Shown piece by piece: positions 39,040 to 51,027 of a stretch of 64,000 nt of DNA. The DNA is from Felis catus (taxonomy: Eukaryota). Location of the stretch: contig NC_058383.1 in the NCBI RefSeq assembly GCF_018350175.1, positions 17,484,001 to 17,548,000 on the forward strand. The letters are read 5' to 3'. The stretch's first letter is position 1. Every line of letters begins with the position of its first letter. The notes below the pieces were generated by a model. It was not told the DNA's origin, searched no databases, and saw only the letters and a list, made by a program, of their open reading frames with translations. The position numbers and the translations under genes are program-made.

Positions 39040-41646
39040 GTATGTTACACGTCTTCCTCTGGCCCTCCTCCTCAAGCATAGGGCTGTCCAGGAAGCAAAG
39101 GCAAAGTTTGGCTGGATTGCAGATGTTGCCAACGACTGGGGTGGGACTGGGTTAGGACATACAGTTAGGTCACTGATGGATCTGTGTCTCTCACTTGGCC
39201 ATCATGGTGTCCCACCAGCATGGGGATGGTTGGTGGTGCAGATATGGTGCAGACAGCAAAGGAGATTCATCTGGAGATGGCAGGGAGTAGCCCAGACACT
39301 GGAGCCAGTCCTTGACCTGAGTTCAGGGTCAGACCTTGACCTGAGTTCAAGGTCTCTACAGTTCATTCTCTGTCTGATCCTGGCAAGTCACTGAAACTCT
39401 CTAGACCTCATTAGTAACCATAAAACCTATTTCCCGGGGTTGTTACAAGATTAAGTGAGATAATGTCTAGGTACAGAGTGACTGGTAAAAAAAAAAAAAA
39501 AAAAAAAAAAAGGGAATCTTTTCTTTCTCACCTTCTCGTGTCATTCCTTCCTGGATCTCATCTGCAAAATGGGGATGCCAGCCCTTGTCAGATAACCCTG
39601 AAGGGAACCCAGGGCAACAGGGGCTGTGGGAAGGGCTCATGAACTGGAAAGTGTCAAACCCCAGAGATTATAGGTGATGATAACAATAAAGAGCTCTGGC
39701 TCTGGAGCCTGGGTTCAAATCCTAGCACTGCTCCCTGCTAGCCATGTGACCCTGGGGTGATCACTTAACCTGGCAGTGCCTCAATCTCCTCATTTGTGAA
39801 AGAGGAAGACAGTTCTATAAAGGAAGCATGAGGTAGTGTATACAAGGGCTTCAAACAACACCAGACCCCTAGGAAGCACTGGAGAAATGTTGGAGGCGAT
39901 GAGGCTGAGCTGCCGGGCTGAGCTGCTCCGGGAGGACAGGCGCCCAGCCTCAATGGCTACCAGCTGGGGCTCTGGAACAGTGCAGCAGAGGACCATGGGG
40001 TTTGAATGGAACGGGCTGTGCTCTTCACCCTGATGATCCCTGTGCTGGGGACCTCTCTTCCAAGAGCCCTCAACACCCCTCCATCCTGCCACTCCATTAG
40101 GATGAGGCACTGACGTGGGGGTTCCGAGAGATCAGGTGCTCCTCTCAGTAGACCAGCCTCCTTGGAACTGGAACTGTTATGTTTGTCTTCCTTCACCTGA
40201 CACTCACTGAAGTGTCTCCTTTGTACATGGCCTGGTGCTGGGGCTGCAGAGATGACAAGTCCCTGCCTCCTGTTACATTGGGGAGAGACACTGGGAGACC
40301 GAGAATCACAACATATGGTGATCAGTAAATGGACAGGGGAAACTCGGGGACTGTGGAAACCCAGAGGGAGCAGAGGAGACAGGGAAAGCTTCCCAGAGGA
40401 GGTAAAACCCAAGTCAAAGTTTAAAATATGAGATTGTATTGGTGAAGAGGGAGCAGGAGCGCTCTCTATATAGGGAGAATTACATGAGGAAGGCCTGGTG
40501 TTAAGCAGGCCTATAAGTAGGTTGCAGAGCTGAGGGAGAAGGTAGGAAAAAGCAAGAAGTGAGTTGCAAGGCTGTGCAGGGACTAGGGGATTGCAGGCCT
40601 CAAAGGGCAGGCTGCAGAGTTTGGACTGTGTCCTGAGGGCACTGAGGAGTCAAGGGAGATGTGGAGATGGCAGGAGAGGGCAAGGTGACTCTTGCTCCTC
40701 CCCAACCTGTCATACCTCACCAACCACCAGTCTCTTTGCTCTCTCTGCTGGCCTTGATTGTTCCTGAAAACGGTCATGCCTGCTCCCACATGAGGGCCTT
40801 TGTACTTACTGTTCTCTTTGCCTGGAGAGGTAGGGGTACAAATGGGGTTGGGCTTAATACTGGGGTCAGAGTGAGGATCTGGTTTGAAGTTCACATTTAT
40901 CTGTTCTGAATAGGTCTCATTATGTGACCTGCTGGGTGACACTAGGGTCATGCTTCAGTGTCCTGGGAAAAGGACAGGACAGATCTCTTGGGAGCATATG
41001 TATGGCCTGTGGGGACTGGCCTCCAAACATGGGGTTGTGCAGCATCAAGGCTTTTGCCATTGGTTGGAGGCTTTATGTGCCATTGGGGTAACCCTTGGAG
41101 GCCTGGGAGGAGCAGGGGTCAAGGCACTTGGTGGGTGGGGTCAGTGAGAGCCCAGGTGGTGGGAATTATTACCCCATTTGCAGATGAGGAAACAAACTGA
41201 GGCTCAGAGAGGTTGGGGGTTTGGCCCCAACTAGCAATGGACAAAGGCAGGACTCGCATCCACGTCTGCTGGCTCCTAAGTTGGGGGGGATCCCCGGGCA
41301 GCAGCTTTTGGTGAGACCAAAACAGAGATGGAGACAGATGGCCTGTGAGGTGGGGCCGGACAGGGTGGCAGAGCTGATGACCTTTGCCAAGACAGACGCC
41401 TTGGGACAAAGCCAGGCCTGGGCTGGGGGCCAGTTCCTCCAGCTGCAAAGGGAAACTAGGGGTCCAGAGAGAGAAACCCCCAAGAGAAGCAGGACGTGAT
41501 AAGGTCGGGTGAGGGTGAGCCTGCCTTCTCGAGTGAGGCCCAGCCCCACGTCCACTGTCCACCTGTGAATAGCACCAGATCGAGTATCTGCCTCCCTCTT
41601 CCCCTCCTCCCCTCCTGCCCTCCTCCTCTGCCACCTCCCCCCTCAT
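39040..41646 (-). pseudogene. Putative decayed multi-exon MLXIP/MLXIPL (Mondo)-family pseudogene
   Basis: Ordered remnants resembling Mondo exon 1 (41305-41646), 2 (41007-41102), 3 (40877-40962), 4 (about 40000-40090), end of 6 (39195-39270) and 7 (about 39050-39135); compared with remembered protein sequences only. Confidence 0.6.
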
Positions 41647-43431
41647 TACCTGGCCTGGCCTACGCCTCAGTGCACCCACTCAAAGGGCCTAGGCTAATCC
41701 CCTGACATCACTGTCTGCCTAGCACAGGCCCCTTCTGGCAGCCCTGGCAGCTCCTGGCCTCAGAGACCCAATTTAGGGTCCCCCACCCCAAAGCCCATCT
41801 TTCCTTCAACTTCCTCCTTCTTTCAGTTCACAGTTCTGAGGGGACAACCCAGATCTGGTCCCAAGTTGGGGAGCAGGAGTCTAGGATCTGTTCTGGCCTT
41901 GCTGTGTGACTCCAGGTAAGTAGCTGTCCCTCTCTGGGCCTCAGGCTCCTTATCTAAATCTCCTCAACCCCACCCACCCCCACCCCCCCACTCCCCAAGC
42001 TAATCACATCAACCTATTTGGGCTTCTTCTTAGCCCTTTGTCGCTTCAGGAAATTTTGTTTTTTATCAGTTCACATGTTTGTTGTTGTGAACTCTGGGCT
42101 GTGCACCCTGTGAGGTGGGGGTGTGGCCCATCTTACGATTCGCCCTGGTACCAGCACACAGTAGAGGCTCCATCGATATCTGCTGATTGAATGTATACAT
42201 GAGTGAATGAGTAAACAGATGTATCTCCTGCCTTTGTAAGAAGGGTATGGGCCTTCTTCCTCCACATGAGGGAAGAAGGTAGAGCAATATTCCATCCCCC
42301 AACAGGATAGAAGCAGGGTAGGGGCCTGCCTGAACACTCTGACCCAGAGGGTGGGCAGGTGCTTAGAACTGAACAGTGCTTCCTTGTGGAGAGACTGGGA
42401 AAGCTCTGAAGAAGGACCAGAACCCAGCACCTGTCTGCCCATAGTCCTCTCTGCCACAAGGCTTCCCTAGCTGGAAAAGGCCTTAGGTATATGTCTATGT
42501 GTCTGGCATGCGCTGTGTCTGGGCAGAAGGCAGCCACTGGCCCAAGATCTTCCAGGACAGCAGAGACTAAAACGTGGCTAGATCTCAGGACTCCTGACCT
42601 CCCGCCGCATGTGTGTCTGTGTGCACACACGTGACCATGGTGTGTGTACACCCCATATATGTACATGTCTGCTCCACGCACGTGCCTCTGGTGGGGCCCC
42701 TGGGTGTGGCTATGTGTTCACCTGTCTGCATGCATTCGTGAGGACACGTCTGCACTTGTGTGTCTGATTCTCCCTGTGTAACGTGTAGGCCTGGCAGGGT
42801 GTGTGTGATTCAGTATACGTGTAGCCATGTCCACTAGAGTGTCAGCTCTCTGAGGGCAGGGGTTTTGTTGGACTTGTTCCGGTCCTATCCTAGCACCTGG
42901 AACAGGGAGCAGCACAGTCCGTGTGAACACGTACTTAAATGAATGAATGTATGTAAGTGTGCTCACACGTCTGGTATGCACCCGTATGCCAGCCTGTGTG
43001 TAGACGTGCACATGTTCCTATGTCTACAGGTGTACCTGGGTGTTGGCGATGCTGCTCACATGCCACCACTCCCATCCCTTTTCCAAACTCCTGGGGAGAG
43101 GGAGCCAGAGCGGGCAGTGCCCGGTCCCCATGGGGCGGGGCAGGAGGCCGCCTCCTCAGGAGAAACTGGATCCCAGGACGTGAGGAGCAGCAGGGAGCAG
43201 GGCGGCCCCTTTGTCCCCCGATAATCCCCTCCCCGCCTTTGACCCCTCCCTCCCAGCAACCAGGGTTTAAGGTCGAGTTTGGGGGCTGTAGGGGACTAGG
43301 GTGTCACCTTAGTGTCCCCTTCCCTGCTGTCCCTTGCTTCTGGGGCTTCTGCACCTGCGCCCCCAACACACACCCACCCCAGGGTGTGACTCCTTCCCTC
43401 CCTCTCGGGCGGTCTCAGGGCTCAGCCCAGG

Positions 43432-43437
43432 TATAAA
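43432..43437 (+). promoter_or_regulatory. CTF2: TATA box of CTF2
   Basis: TATAAA 82 bp upstream of the ATG. Confidence 0.7.
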
Positions 43438-43513
43438 GCCACCTGAGGGGCAGGAGGATAGGTGCCCCAGAAGAACCCAGAGACTGGAGAGAGGAAGGAA
43501 CCAAGGAGGGAGC

Positions 43514-43529
43514 ATGAGCTATCTGCTAG
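43514..43529 (+). CDS. CTF2: CTF2 (cardiotrophin-2/neuropoietin) coding exon 1 (MSYLL)
   Basis: agcATG context, G|gtgagt donor, phase 1 matches exon 2. Confidence 0.85.
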
Positions 43530-45591
43530 GTGAGTGAGGGGGACAGAGTGCCAGGGCCTAGAGACCAGGAGGGAAGGGGTACTCACTGGCCCTCGGCCCA
43601 TATGACTCATGCACCTGGCTGTCTGCATGCTAGGAACTGCCAGATCCTTACATGCAGAAGGCTTCATTCATCGTTCATTCATTCATTCATTCATTCAAGA
43701 AATATTTATTGAGCGCCTATTATGTGCTAGGTAGTTTTCTTAGCACTTGGGGATACAGCAGTGAACAAACAGACAAAAATCTATGATCTCATGGAGATTT
43801 CATTCTGCAGACAGACAATAATGTCCTAAGTAAGGAAATTATAATGCCTGTGTGATCGAAGGTGAGTGCTAAGATCCAAGCTTGTTGAATGAATGGATGA
43901 ATGAATGGGCCTTCACTATCAGTCTTCCCTTAAGTTCTGAATTTAGGGAACTCGGGAATGTAGAAAGGGGAACAAAGGAGGCCATCCTGATTTGCCTCTC
44001 CTCTCCATTGCTTCCTGCTGGTGACCTTAGGTAATTCTCCTCGTCTCTGAGCCACACACTGGGAACAACTGGGCCTGCCCTTTAAGGGGACAATTGGCGG
44101 CATTTACTCAAATTTAAAATGAGCACATCCTCCAATCCAGACATTCCCTCTTTGAAAAAGTGCCCAAAGAGCCTGGGATAAGGATGTTTATGGCAGCATT
44201 CATTCAACAAATATTTATTAAGCTCTGTGCTAGATGCTGGGGAACCAGCAGCGAATGAACCAGGGGGAGTTTCTCCTTTCCTGGAGCCAACATTCTAGGG
44301 GGAGAGACAGTAATAAACAAGTAGACAAATAAATAAAGAGAAATAGCAAATCTCTGAAGACTATAAATCGGGGAGAGGGAAGGGGCTTTTGATATGCAGT
44401 CAGGACAGCTCATCTGAATTGAGGCCTGAAGAACAAGAAGGAGCCAGCCTTGGAAAGGTTTGGGGGTGGTCCTGCAGGGCCCAGCAAGGGCAAAGGCCTG
44501 AGGAGGAATGCTTAGAGAAGATAGGAGGCCAATACAGAGGGGCTAGCCCTTGTAGACCACTGGGGGCTTTGGCTTACACACTTTCACAGTGTGAGGTGGG
44601 AGCAGAGGGAGTGTTCAGGCAGAGGAGGGATTTTAGCTGGACTGAGGAGTTGGAAGGGGTGGGGGGGGGGGGGAACAAGGGTGAAAGCAGAGACCAGGGG
44701 TGAGGCTGCGGTAACAGTCCAGGTGAGAAGTGCTGGTGGCCGGGACTCAGGTGGTAGCAATAGGAGGGGGGAAGTAGGTAGATGCTGGATCCATCTTTTC
44801 AAGTTTTAAAACTTTTTATTGAAAATAACAAATATAAAAGTGTACAACTCATTAAGCGTACAGCTCAATGAATTTTCACAAAGTGATCATATCCTTGTCA
44901 TGAGCACTCAGATCAAGAAACACAGACCTGCACCGGCTACCTTTTAAGGACAGAGCCGATAGGATTTACTGTGGGGGTGAATGTGGAGAGCAAGAGAGAA
45001 TGACGCATCAAAGAGAGGACCCCACATTCTGACCTGAGCAACTGGAAGAACGGAAGCAGCTTTGCCTGAGAGGGGAAGACTAGGGGAGGAGGGTAGAAGG
45101 GGAATCGAGAGTTGAGTATTAGACATTTTGAGTTGAGAATCTTATTAATATCCAAGGGAAAATGTCAAGCAGGAAGTTGAATACACAGGTCTGGAGTTCA
45201 GGGGAATGTTCTGGGCTGGAAATAATCTACTTACAGGGTGATTCTGTCCTGACTTGGATACACAAGATTGTTGCAGGCCACAAAGTCTGTGGCCACTTGA
45301 AGAGTTGTTACAAAGAGTGAATGAACTGGGGCGCCAGGGTGCCTCAGTTGGTTAAGTGTGTGACTCCTGGTTTCAGCTCAGGTCATGATCTCATGGTTTG
45401 TGAGTTCAAGCCCCACATCAGGCTCTGCACTGACAGGGTGGAGCCTGCTTGGGTTCTCACTCTCTCTCTCTCTCTCTCTCTCTCAAAATAAATAAATAAA
45501 CAAACAAACAAACAAACAAACATTTTTAAAAAATGAATGAACCAGCAGGCAGGCTCAGGAATTTGATCTGACCTCCGATTTTCTCTGACAG

Positions 45592-45728
45592 CCCCCCTCT
45601 GCCTGCTGACCCTACTGCTGCTACCCCTCAGTCTTGGGGCTCCCATCTCGCCAGCTGAGCCCATCAGTCAAGCCTACAGCCTGGCCCTCTACATGCAGAA
45701 GAATACATCAACACTGCTGCAGACTTAC
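45592..45728 (+). CDS. CTF2: CTF2 exon 2: signal peptide and helix A (APLCLLTLLLLPLSLGAPISPAEPISQAYSLALYMQKNTSTLLQTY)
   Basis: gacag| acceptor, TAC|gtgagt donor; near-identical to mouse Ctf2 as remembered. Confidence 0.93.
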
Positions 45729-45917
45729 GTGAGTGACACTGGGCACAAGCAGGGGATGAGGGGAGAGGGGAAGTGCCCTCCTTGCCCAACTCTAAGTAGG
45801 AGAAGCAGAGCAAGGCCAGGAGAAGGCTCCCCCATGAGTCTGGGGGCACAGGGGCTCTGTCAACTAGAGACTCACTCAAACACTGTCACTGATAGCTGGT
45901 GACCTTGGGCTGTCATT

Positions 45918-45920
<3 letters not shown>

Positions 45921-45960
<40 letters not shown>
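45921..45960. repeat. (CT)n microsatellite in CTF2 intron 2
   Basis: Direct reading. Confidence 0.95.
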
Positions 45961-45964
<4 letters not shown>

Positions 45965-47202
45965 TGTGTCTCAGCTTCCTCATCTGCAAAATGGAATTTG
46001 TGATCCTGCTTTTGCTGACCTTTCAGGACTGTTACAAGAGTCAAAGACAGCACATACAGAGAAAGACTTTACAGGGTCATAATTATTTCTACAATCACCT
46101 CGCGCTATGTGCTTACTTGAGCCATGTGCCCGGGCTGGGCACTCTGCCCATTATCTTGCTGACTCTTCAAACAGTTCTGAGAGATAGAATCATAATCCAC
46201 TTTACAGATAAGGAAACTGAGTTTTAGAGAGGGTGAATAATTTGCCTAAGGTCACACAGCTAATCACTGGCAGTGCCAATCCTCCCACAACACCCCCGCA
46301 CTGTCTAGAAGTTCAAACTAGCAGTGGCCCACTAGCTGAATCTGACCTACAGATGTTTTCTGTTTGGGCCATGAAATCCTTGTTCAAATTTTGAACATGA
46401 CTGCCTGTCTAAAACAGGCACAGGGACCCTCCTGGCCCCTCCTCACCCCATCTTGGTTCTGCCTTCTTCCTCCAGTTACACAATCCATCTGGTTCCTGGA
46501 GGCCCTAGGATTTGTGACTCCTCCCCTGCGCTATATTCCAGGCCCATGCCAAGTTTACTAAATCTAGTTTCTCGTGCCATAGCTGCCATCATTCCCTGGG
46601 TGGCTTTGGGCACCGTGAGCCTCAGTTTCTTCACCTAAAATAGTGATGGAGGACTAGGTGGGCTACCAGTTTGGGGATTTATCAGTGCGCACTAAGATTT
46701 TGTGGGTCTAGGTTTATGGAGGCAAGAACTTTAATGGAGAAGGCACTCAACTAAATTTAATAATGTTAACAATTATTTATTAATGATTATAATAAAATTA
46801 ATAAGCATAAACAACTAAATGCTATAAATATACATATAGACTATAACTACGTGGTCAAATATATTTAGACTGAAAATAGTATAATAAATAACACAATCAT
46901 AGTGTCATGATGTCATATTAATGTAATATAGTGGCCTATCATGCCCTTATTGTATGCCAAGTGCTGTGCTAAGTGCTTTATATATACTACTTCTTATCAT
47001 TTTTACGCATGGGAATTACTGAAGCTGTGATTCAAAGTTGTACAATTTATACATGAACCTGGAACCTAACAGAACCCAGGCTCTGTGCTAGGACATCCCA
47101 CTAACTCCTCCCCCTGGGAAAATGTCAGTCTTATGGAAGGCAGATGTGAAGTCAGCACCACTTCCGTCCCCGCATTCCTATCTGTCTCTGTTTCTCATGC
47201 AG

Positions 47203-47660
47203 CTCCAGCACCAGGGCAGCCCCTTTAGCGACCCTGGTTTCTCAGCCCCTGAGCTTCAGCTCAGCAGCCTGCCTCCTGCCGCTGTCTCCTTCAAGACCTG
47301 GCATGCCCTGGATGATGGGGAGCGGCTGGGCCATGCCCAGGGGGCCTTCCTGGCCTTGACCCAGCACCTCCAGCTCGTAGGGGATGACCAGAGAGACCTG
47401 AACCCTGGCAGTCCTATCCTGCTGGCTCAGCTCGGCGCCGCAAGACTCAGGGCCCAAGGCCTGTTGGGCAACATGGCTGCAATCATGACTGCTCTGGGCC
47501 TGCCCATCCCCCGGAAGAGGACACTCTCGGTGTTGTTGCCTTTGGGGCTTCAGCCTTTGAGAGGAAATGTCGAGGCTATGTAGTGACCCGGGAATATGGC
47601 CACTGGACAGACCGAGCTGTGAGGGACTTGGCTCTGCTCAAGGCCAAATACCCTGGATAA
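47203..47660 (+). CDS. CTF2: CTF2 exon 3, with a 1-nt deletion at 47508-47512 (pseudogene or assembly error)
   Basis: LQHQGSPFSDPGFSAPEL...MTALGLPIP, then the conserved tail PEEDTLG...AFERKCRGYVVTREYGHWTDRAVRDLALLKAKYPG* continues in another frame. Confidence 0.92.
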
Positions 47661-48425
47661 ACGAGGCAGGACTTCCTGCCAGAAGCTGCAACACTTCTTT
47701 CCCAATGGACTCTTTCCTGCCTTGCTTCTTCGCTAAAGGAGACACATCTTGTCTAGCAGACAGGGCTTGTTTATTTGGGAATATTTCCTAGGAACCAGGC
47801 CTCAAGTCCCTGTTGCCTGGGTCTTTCCTGCCTAGGTCCTATGACCTCCCTTCCAGATCTGGGTGGGACTCTATGGGTATCATTTTGTGGATTCTTTCAA
47901 TCCAGTGGTCCTGGTTGCCCCCATCTTGGGTGGAAAAAATGCCAGGGCTCTCCCTGAGACCTTCCTTTTCCTGTAATTTTGAGGAGGTCCAGGGGCTGCC
48001 TTTTTGTTTCTACCTCATTTTCTGTATGAAGCTATGGGCTTTCTGAGCAGATAGGTCTCCCCTTCTTGCTGGAGTTCATTGCCTCCCCTCGTCTACTTTC
48101 CTGACTATAGCCACTGTTCCAACTTTCCATCTTGAGGGACTTCACTTCCCAATCAATGGAAGTCCAAATGAAAAAGTACTCATATAGATGTTTCCAGCTC
48201 AGGACACATCTACTTCCTGTTCTAGAGTGATGGACAATATCCCTGGCCTGGGGGCATTTGTTAATCTCCTATTTATACTGTAGCTTTTGGGTATGTCTGG
48301 GGGACCAGATTGTGCCCCAAGGATCCTCTTCTCCCCAAAGGTGTCTCCCCATTTTCGGCAACTGTATATACTGGTAACTTTAGTGTTCTTTTTTATTTTT
48401 AAACATTTTATTTACAAAAAATTAA

Positions 48426-48443
48426 TTTATTCTCAGGAATAAA
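48426..48443. terminator. Back-to-back poly(A) signals for CTF1 (-, 48426-48431) and CTF2 (+, 48438-48443)
   Basis: TTTATTC-TCAG-GAATAAA; first canonical hexamers noticed after each stop codon. Confidence 0.65.
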
Positions 48444-49032
48444 ACTGTTTTAAGGTGTTGATTTTTTTTCTCTCCATAGATTTGGCTTGGTGGGGGGATG
48501 TATGGGGATAGGGCAGAGGAGGTGAAGGAGCGAAAGGACATCAAACGGAGAAGCAAGCAGGGGGAGTGATGCACTGTGGGAAGGTGGCTGAAATTTGTCT
48601 GGAGTAGCCCTCCCACCAGGGCTGGCAGCCAGGTCCCTGGCCAGGAAAGGACAGAGACAGGCAGTGAAAGAAACAGAGTTGATGCGGTGTCCCCTCCTTG
48701 AGATGAGGCAGGGAGGTACACCTGCTCACATGGGGCCAAAGGGAGACAAGAGATGGAGAAAAGGGAAAACAAAGAGACCCCCCCAGAGACAGGTGAAGGG
48801 GGAGACCAAGAGAGACGGAGGCAGGCCCAAAAAATGGAAAAGAGGGGGGAAAGCAAGAAAATGATGGACATGGGACGTCACAGACACAAGGAGGTCCGAT
48901 AGAGAAAGAGACACGGAGCGCTTACAAAGCACAGAGAGATGGCAGAGACAAGAGAGACGCAGACAGTCCGCCCTCATTAGGCACCGACAGAGACGGACTA
49001 GGAGGGGGTGACAGCAAGCTGCAGCCCCGCGC

Positions 49033-49500
49033 TCAGGCCGGGCCACTGGGCACCAGCTGGCCCAGGTCGCCCTCGGTTCGGCTCACCCACTCGCGGTAGA
49101 GGCCACACACGCGGAGCCCCAGAACCTTGGCAGGGAAGACGCCTGCACCGGTGGCGGCGGCGGCGGCGGCAGCGGCGGCGGCGGGCTCGGGCCGGGGCCC
49201 GCGAGTCTCGGTGCCCAGCGCGGCCAGCACGGCCTCCACCGCGGCGCCCAGGGCCCGGGCCTGGCGCGCCGCGTCCTCCAGGCGCCGCAGCAAGCGCGGC
49301 GCGCGCGGGTTCAGCTCCGCCTGGTGGCGCCGCACCACTTCGAGCAGCGGTGGCAGCGCGGTCAGCGCCGCCGCGTCCAGCCGCAGCCGCTCGGGCGCGG
49401 GCAGGCCCGCGTGGCCCGGTGCCGGGGCGCTCAGGCCGGCTACTGGCAGCCGCGGGGGCGAGAAGCCGGGCAGCCCGAAGGGGTCTCCCTGGTGCTGCAC
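49033..49500 (-). CDS. CTF1: CTF1 (cardiotrophin-1) exon 3
   Basis: cgcag| acceptor; VQHQGDPFGLPGFSPPRLP...VFPAKVLGLRVCGLYREWVSRTEGDLGQLVPSGPA*. Confidence 0.96.
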   Translation of the reverse strand: MQHQGDPFGLPGFSPPRLPVAGLSAPAPGHAGLPAPERLRLDAAALTALPPLLEVVRRHQAELNPRAPRLLRRLEDAARQARALGAAVEAVLAALGTETRGPRPEPAAAAAAAAAATGAGVFPAKVLGLRVCGLYREWVSRTEGDLGQLVPSGPA

Positions 49501-51027
49501 CTGCGGAGACACGGCAGTCAGGGGGGCCCCGCCCTTCCCCGAGAGGCGCCGCGACAGAATTCCTCCACTCTCCACTCCTCCCGCTCTCTGGGGCCTTAGT
49601 TTCCCCACCTCGCAAATGACACATTCCTCCCAACACAACTGTTGTGTTTGATACGACAACACGATCCCCCCCCCCCAAAAAAAAAGTGGGCTTTACACCA
49701 GTGCCTTTGTTTCCTCATCTCTAAAATAGAGATAACAGTATCCACTTCACAGGGTATTTCCGAGCATGGAAAAATGCTTCCAGCAGATCCTGGCCCACTG
49801 GAAGGGCACAATAAATGTTAGTTCTTTTATTAATGCCATCTTTCAGACCGGGGCGCAAATCCTGTCTCTGCCACTTGCTAGCAATGCAGTTTCATGCAAT
49901 ACCATTTCCCTTCTCTGAGTCTTACTCTTCTCATCTGTAAAATGCGGGATCAGCTCCCTGTCCTGTCTTTCTACTAAGGATTTCCTGAGAATCACACAGA
50001 GACTGCTGAAAACCGTCTGTTTTCTCTCTCTCCCCCATCCTCCACTATCTCTGCACCTGCAGGGGGCTCACTGAATAACTGTCATACAAATGAACAAATG
50101 AAAGATAAAAGAGATTTGTAATTTGTAAACATGCTACAACTGTACCATTTATCCTTTGCTGACACTTGTCTCTGGTTCAGGCACTGTTTGCTGCTTTAAA
50201 CACACTATTTCCTAATCTTTCCAATAATGGATGTGATGATTATGATGATGCTGATTTTATAAATGAGGATATTGAGGCTGCTGAGGTAAATTGACTTGCC
50301 CCAGGTCATCTATCTAGGAAAGGACAGAGATGGATTTTGAACCAATGTTCACAGAATTACAAAGCTAGTTCTCTCTCTGATTCCACTTTCATAATTGTTA
50401 CATCACTCTTTTTTCATGTTACCATTACTGTCCAAGGTCACAGCAAGTTAGCAGACCTACAGTCTTTCTGATTCAAAGCTATACCCTCCTTCCACTACAC
50501 CAGAGTAATTGGTGGAAATACCCTCCTTCCTTGGGTAGCGCCCTATGCCTAACCAAAGATGGTGGCAGATCCCCCTCCTCTGTAAAAGTCCCTTCTTGGA
50601 CTGGAATTTTTGCCCCATGTTGAAACCCCTTCTTGATCTCTCTGTATAGCACAGGTAGATGAGTTTACAACTTATCATGTTAAACTGCCTCCTTTAATAG
50701 CTGGGGAGACCAAGGCCCATGGTGGTAAGGTGACAAGATCACAGAGAGCCTAGAACCTAGGTTTCCTGACTCGCTCACTCAGTTCTCCTTACTCTCTCTG
50801 CCTCTGTCTTAATGCAGTGTGGTAGGGGAGCCTCCAAGCTGGGGCAGACACAGGGGCATTTGGGGCACAGAGAGGGGCCAGTTCCCCAATTTGCCAGCAT
50901 GGCAAATTGTGTCCCATTTTTCTGCAGCTGGGAAATGAGGGTGGAAAAATGGGTGGTCAGGAACCTCTGTGATCTGTACTTCCCCACTCCTCAGGCCTCT
51001 GGCACCCCCATCCCCATTCCCACTCAC

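Noticed and set aside
7203-39132. Recurrent ORFs such as AQSVKRPTSA and FWDRERQSMNGGGAERE, and tRNA-like A/B boxes
   Set aside because: SINE-derived; not protein or tRNA genes
40990-41102. Possible thrombospondin type-1 repeat remnant (HNPMFGGQ)
   Set aside because: Conserved Trp/Cys pattern absent; the DNA fits Mondo exon 2 better
41420-41520. Reading TLTRPYHVLLLLGVSLSGPLVSLCSWRNW resembles spliced MLXIPL TLTRLFECLSLAYSGKLVSPKWKNF, suggesting a processed pseudogene
   Set aside because: The similarity stops before IRLNNAIWRAW, and better exon-bounded matches lie downstream; treated as coincidence
48998-49678. Long alternative-frame and antisense ORFs over CTF1 exon 3
   Set aside because: Result of very high GC and few stop codons; low-complexity Arg/Pro/Ala products
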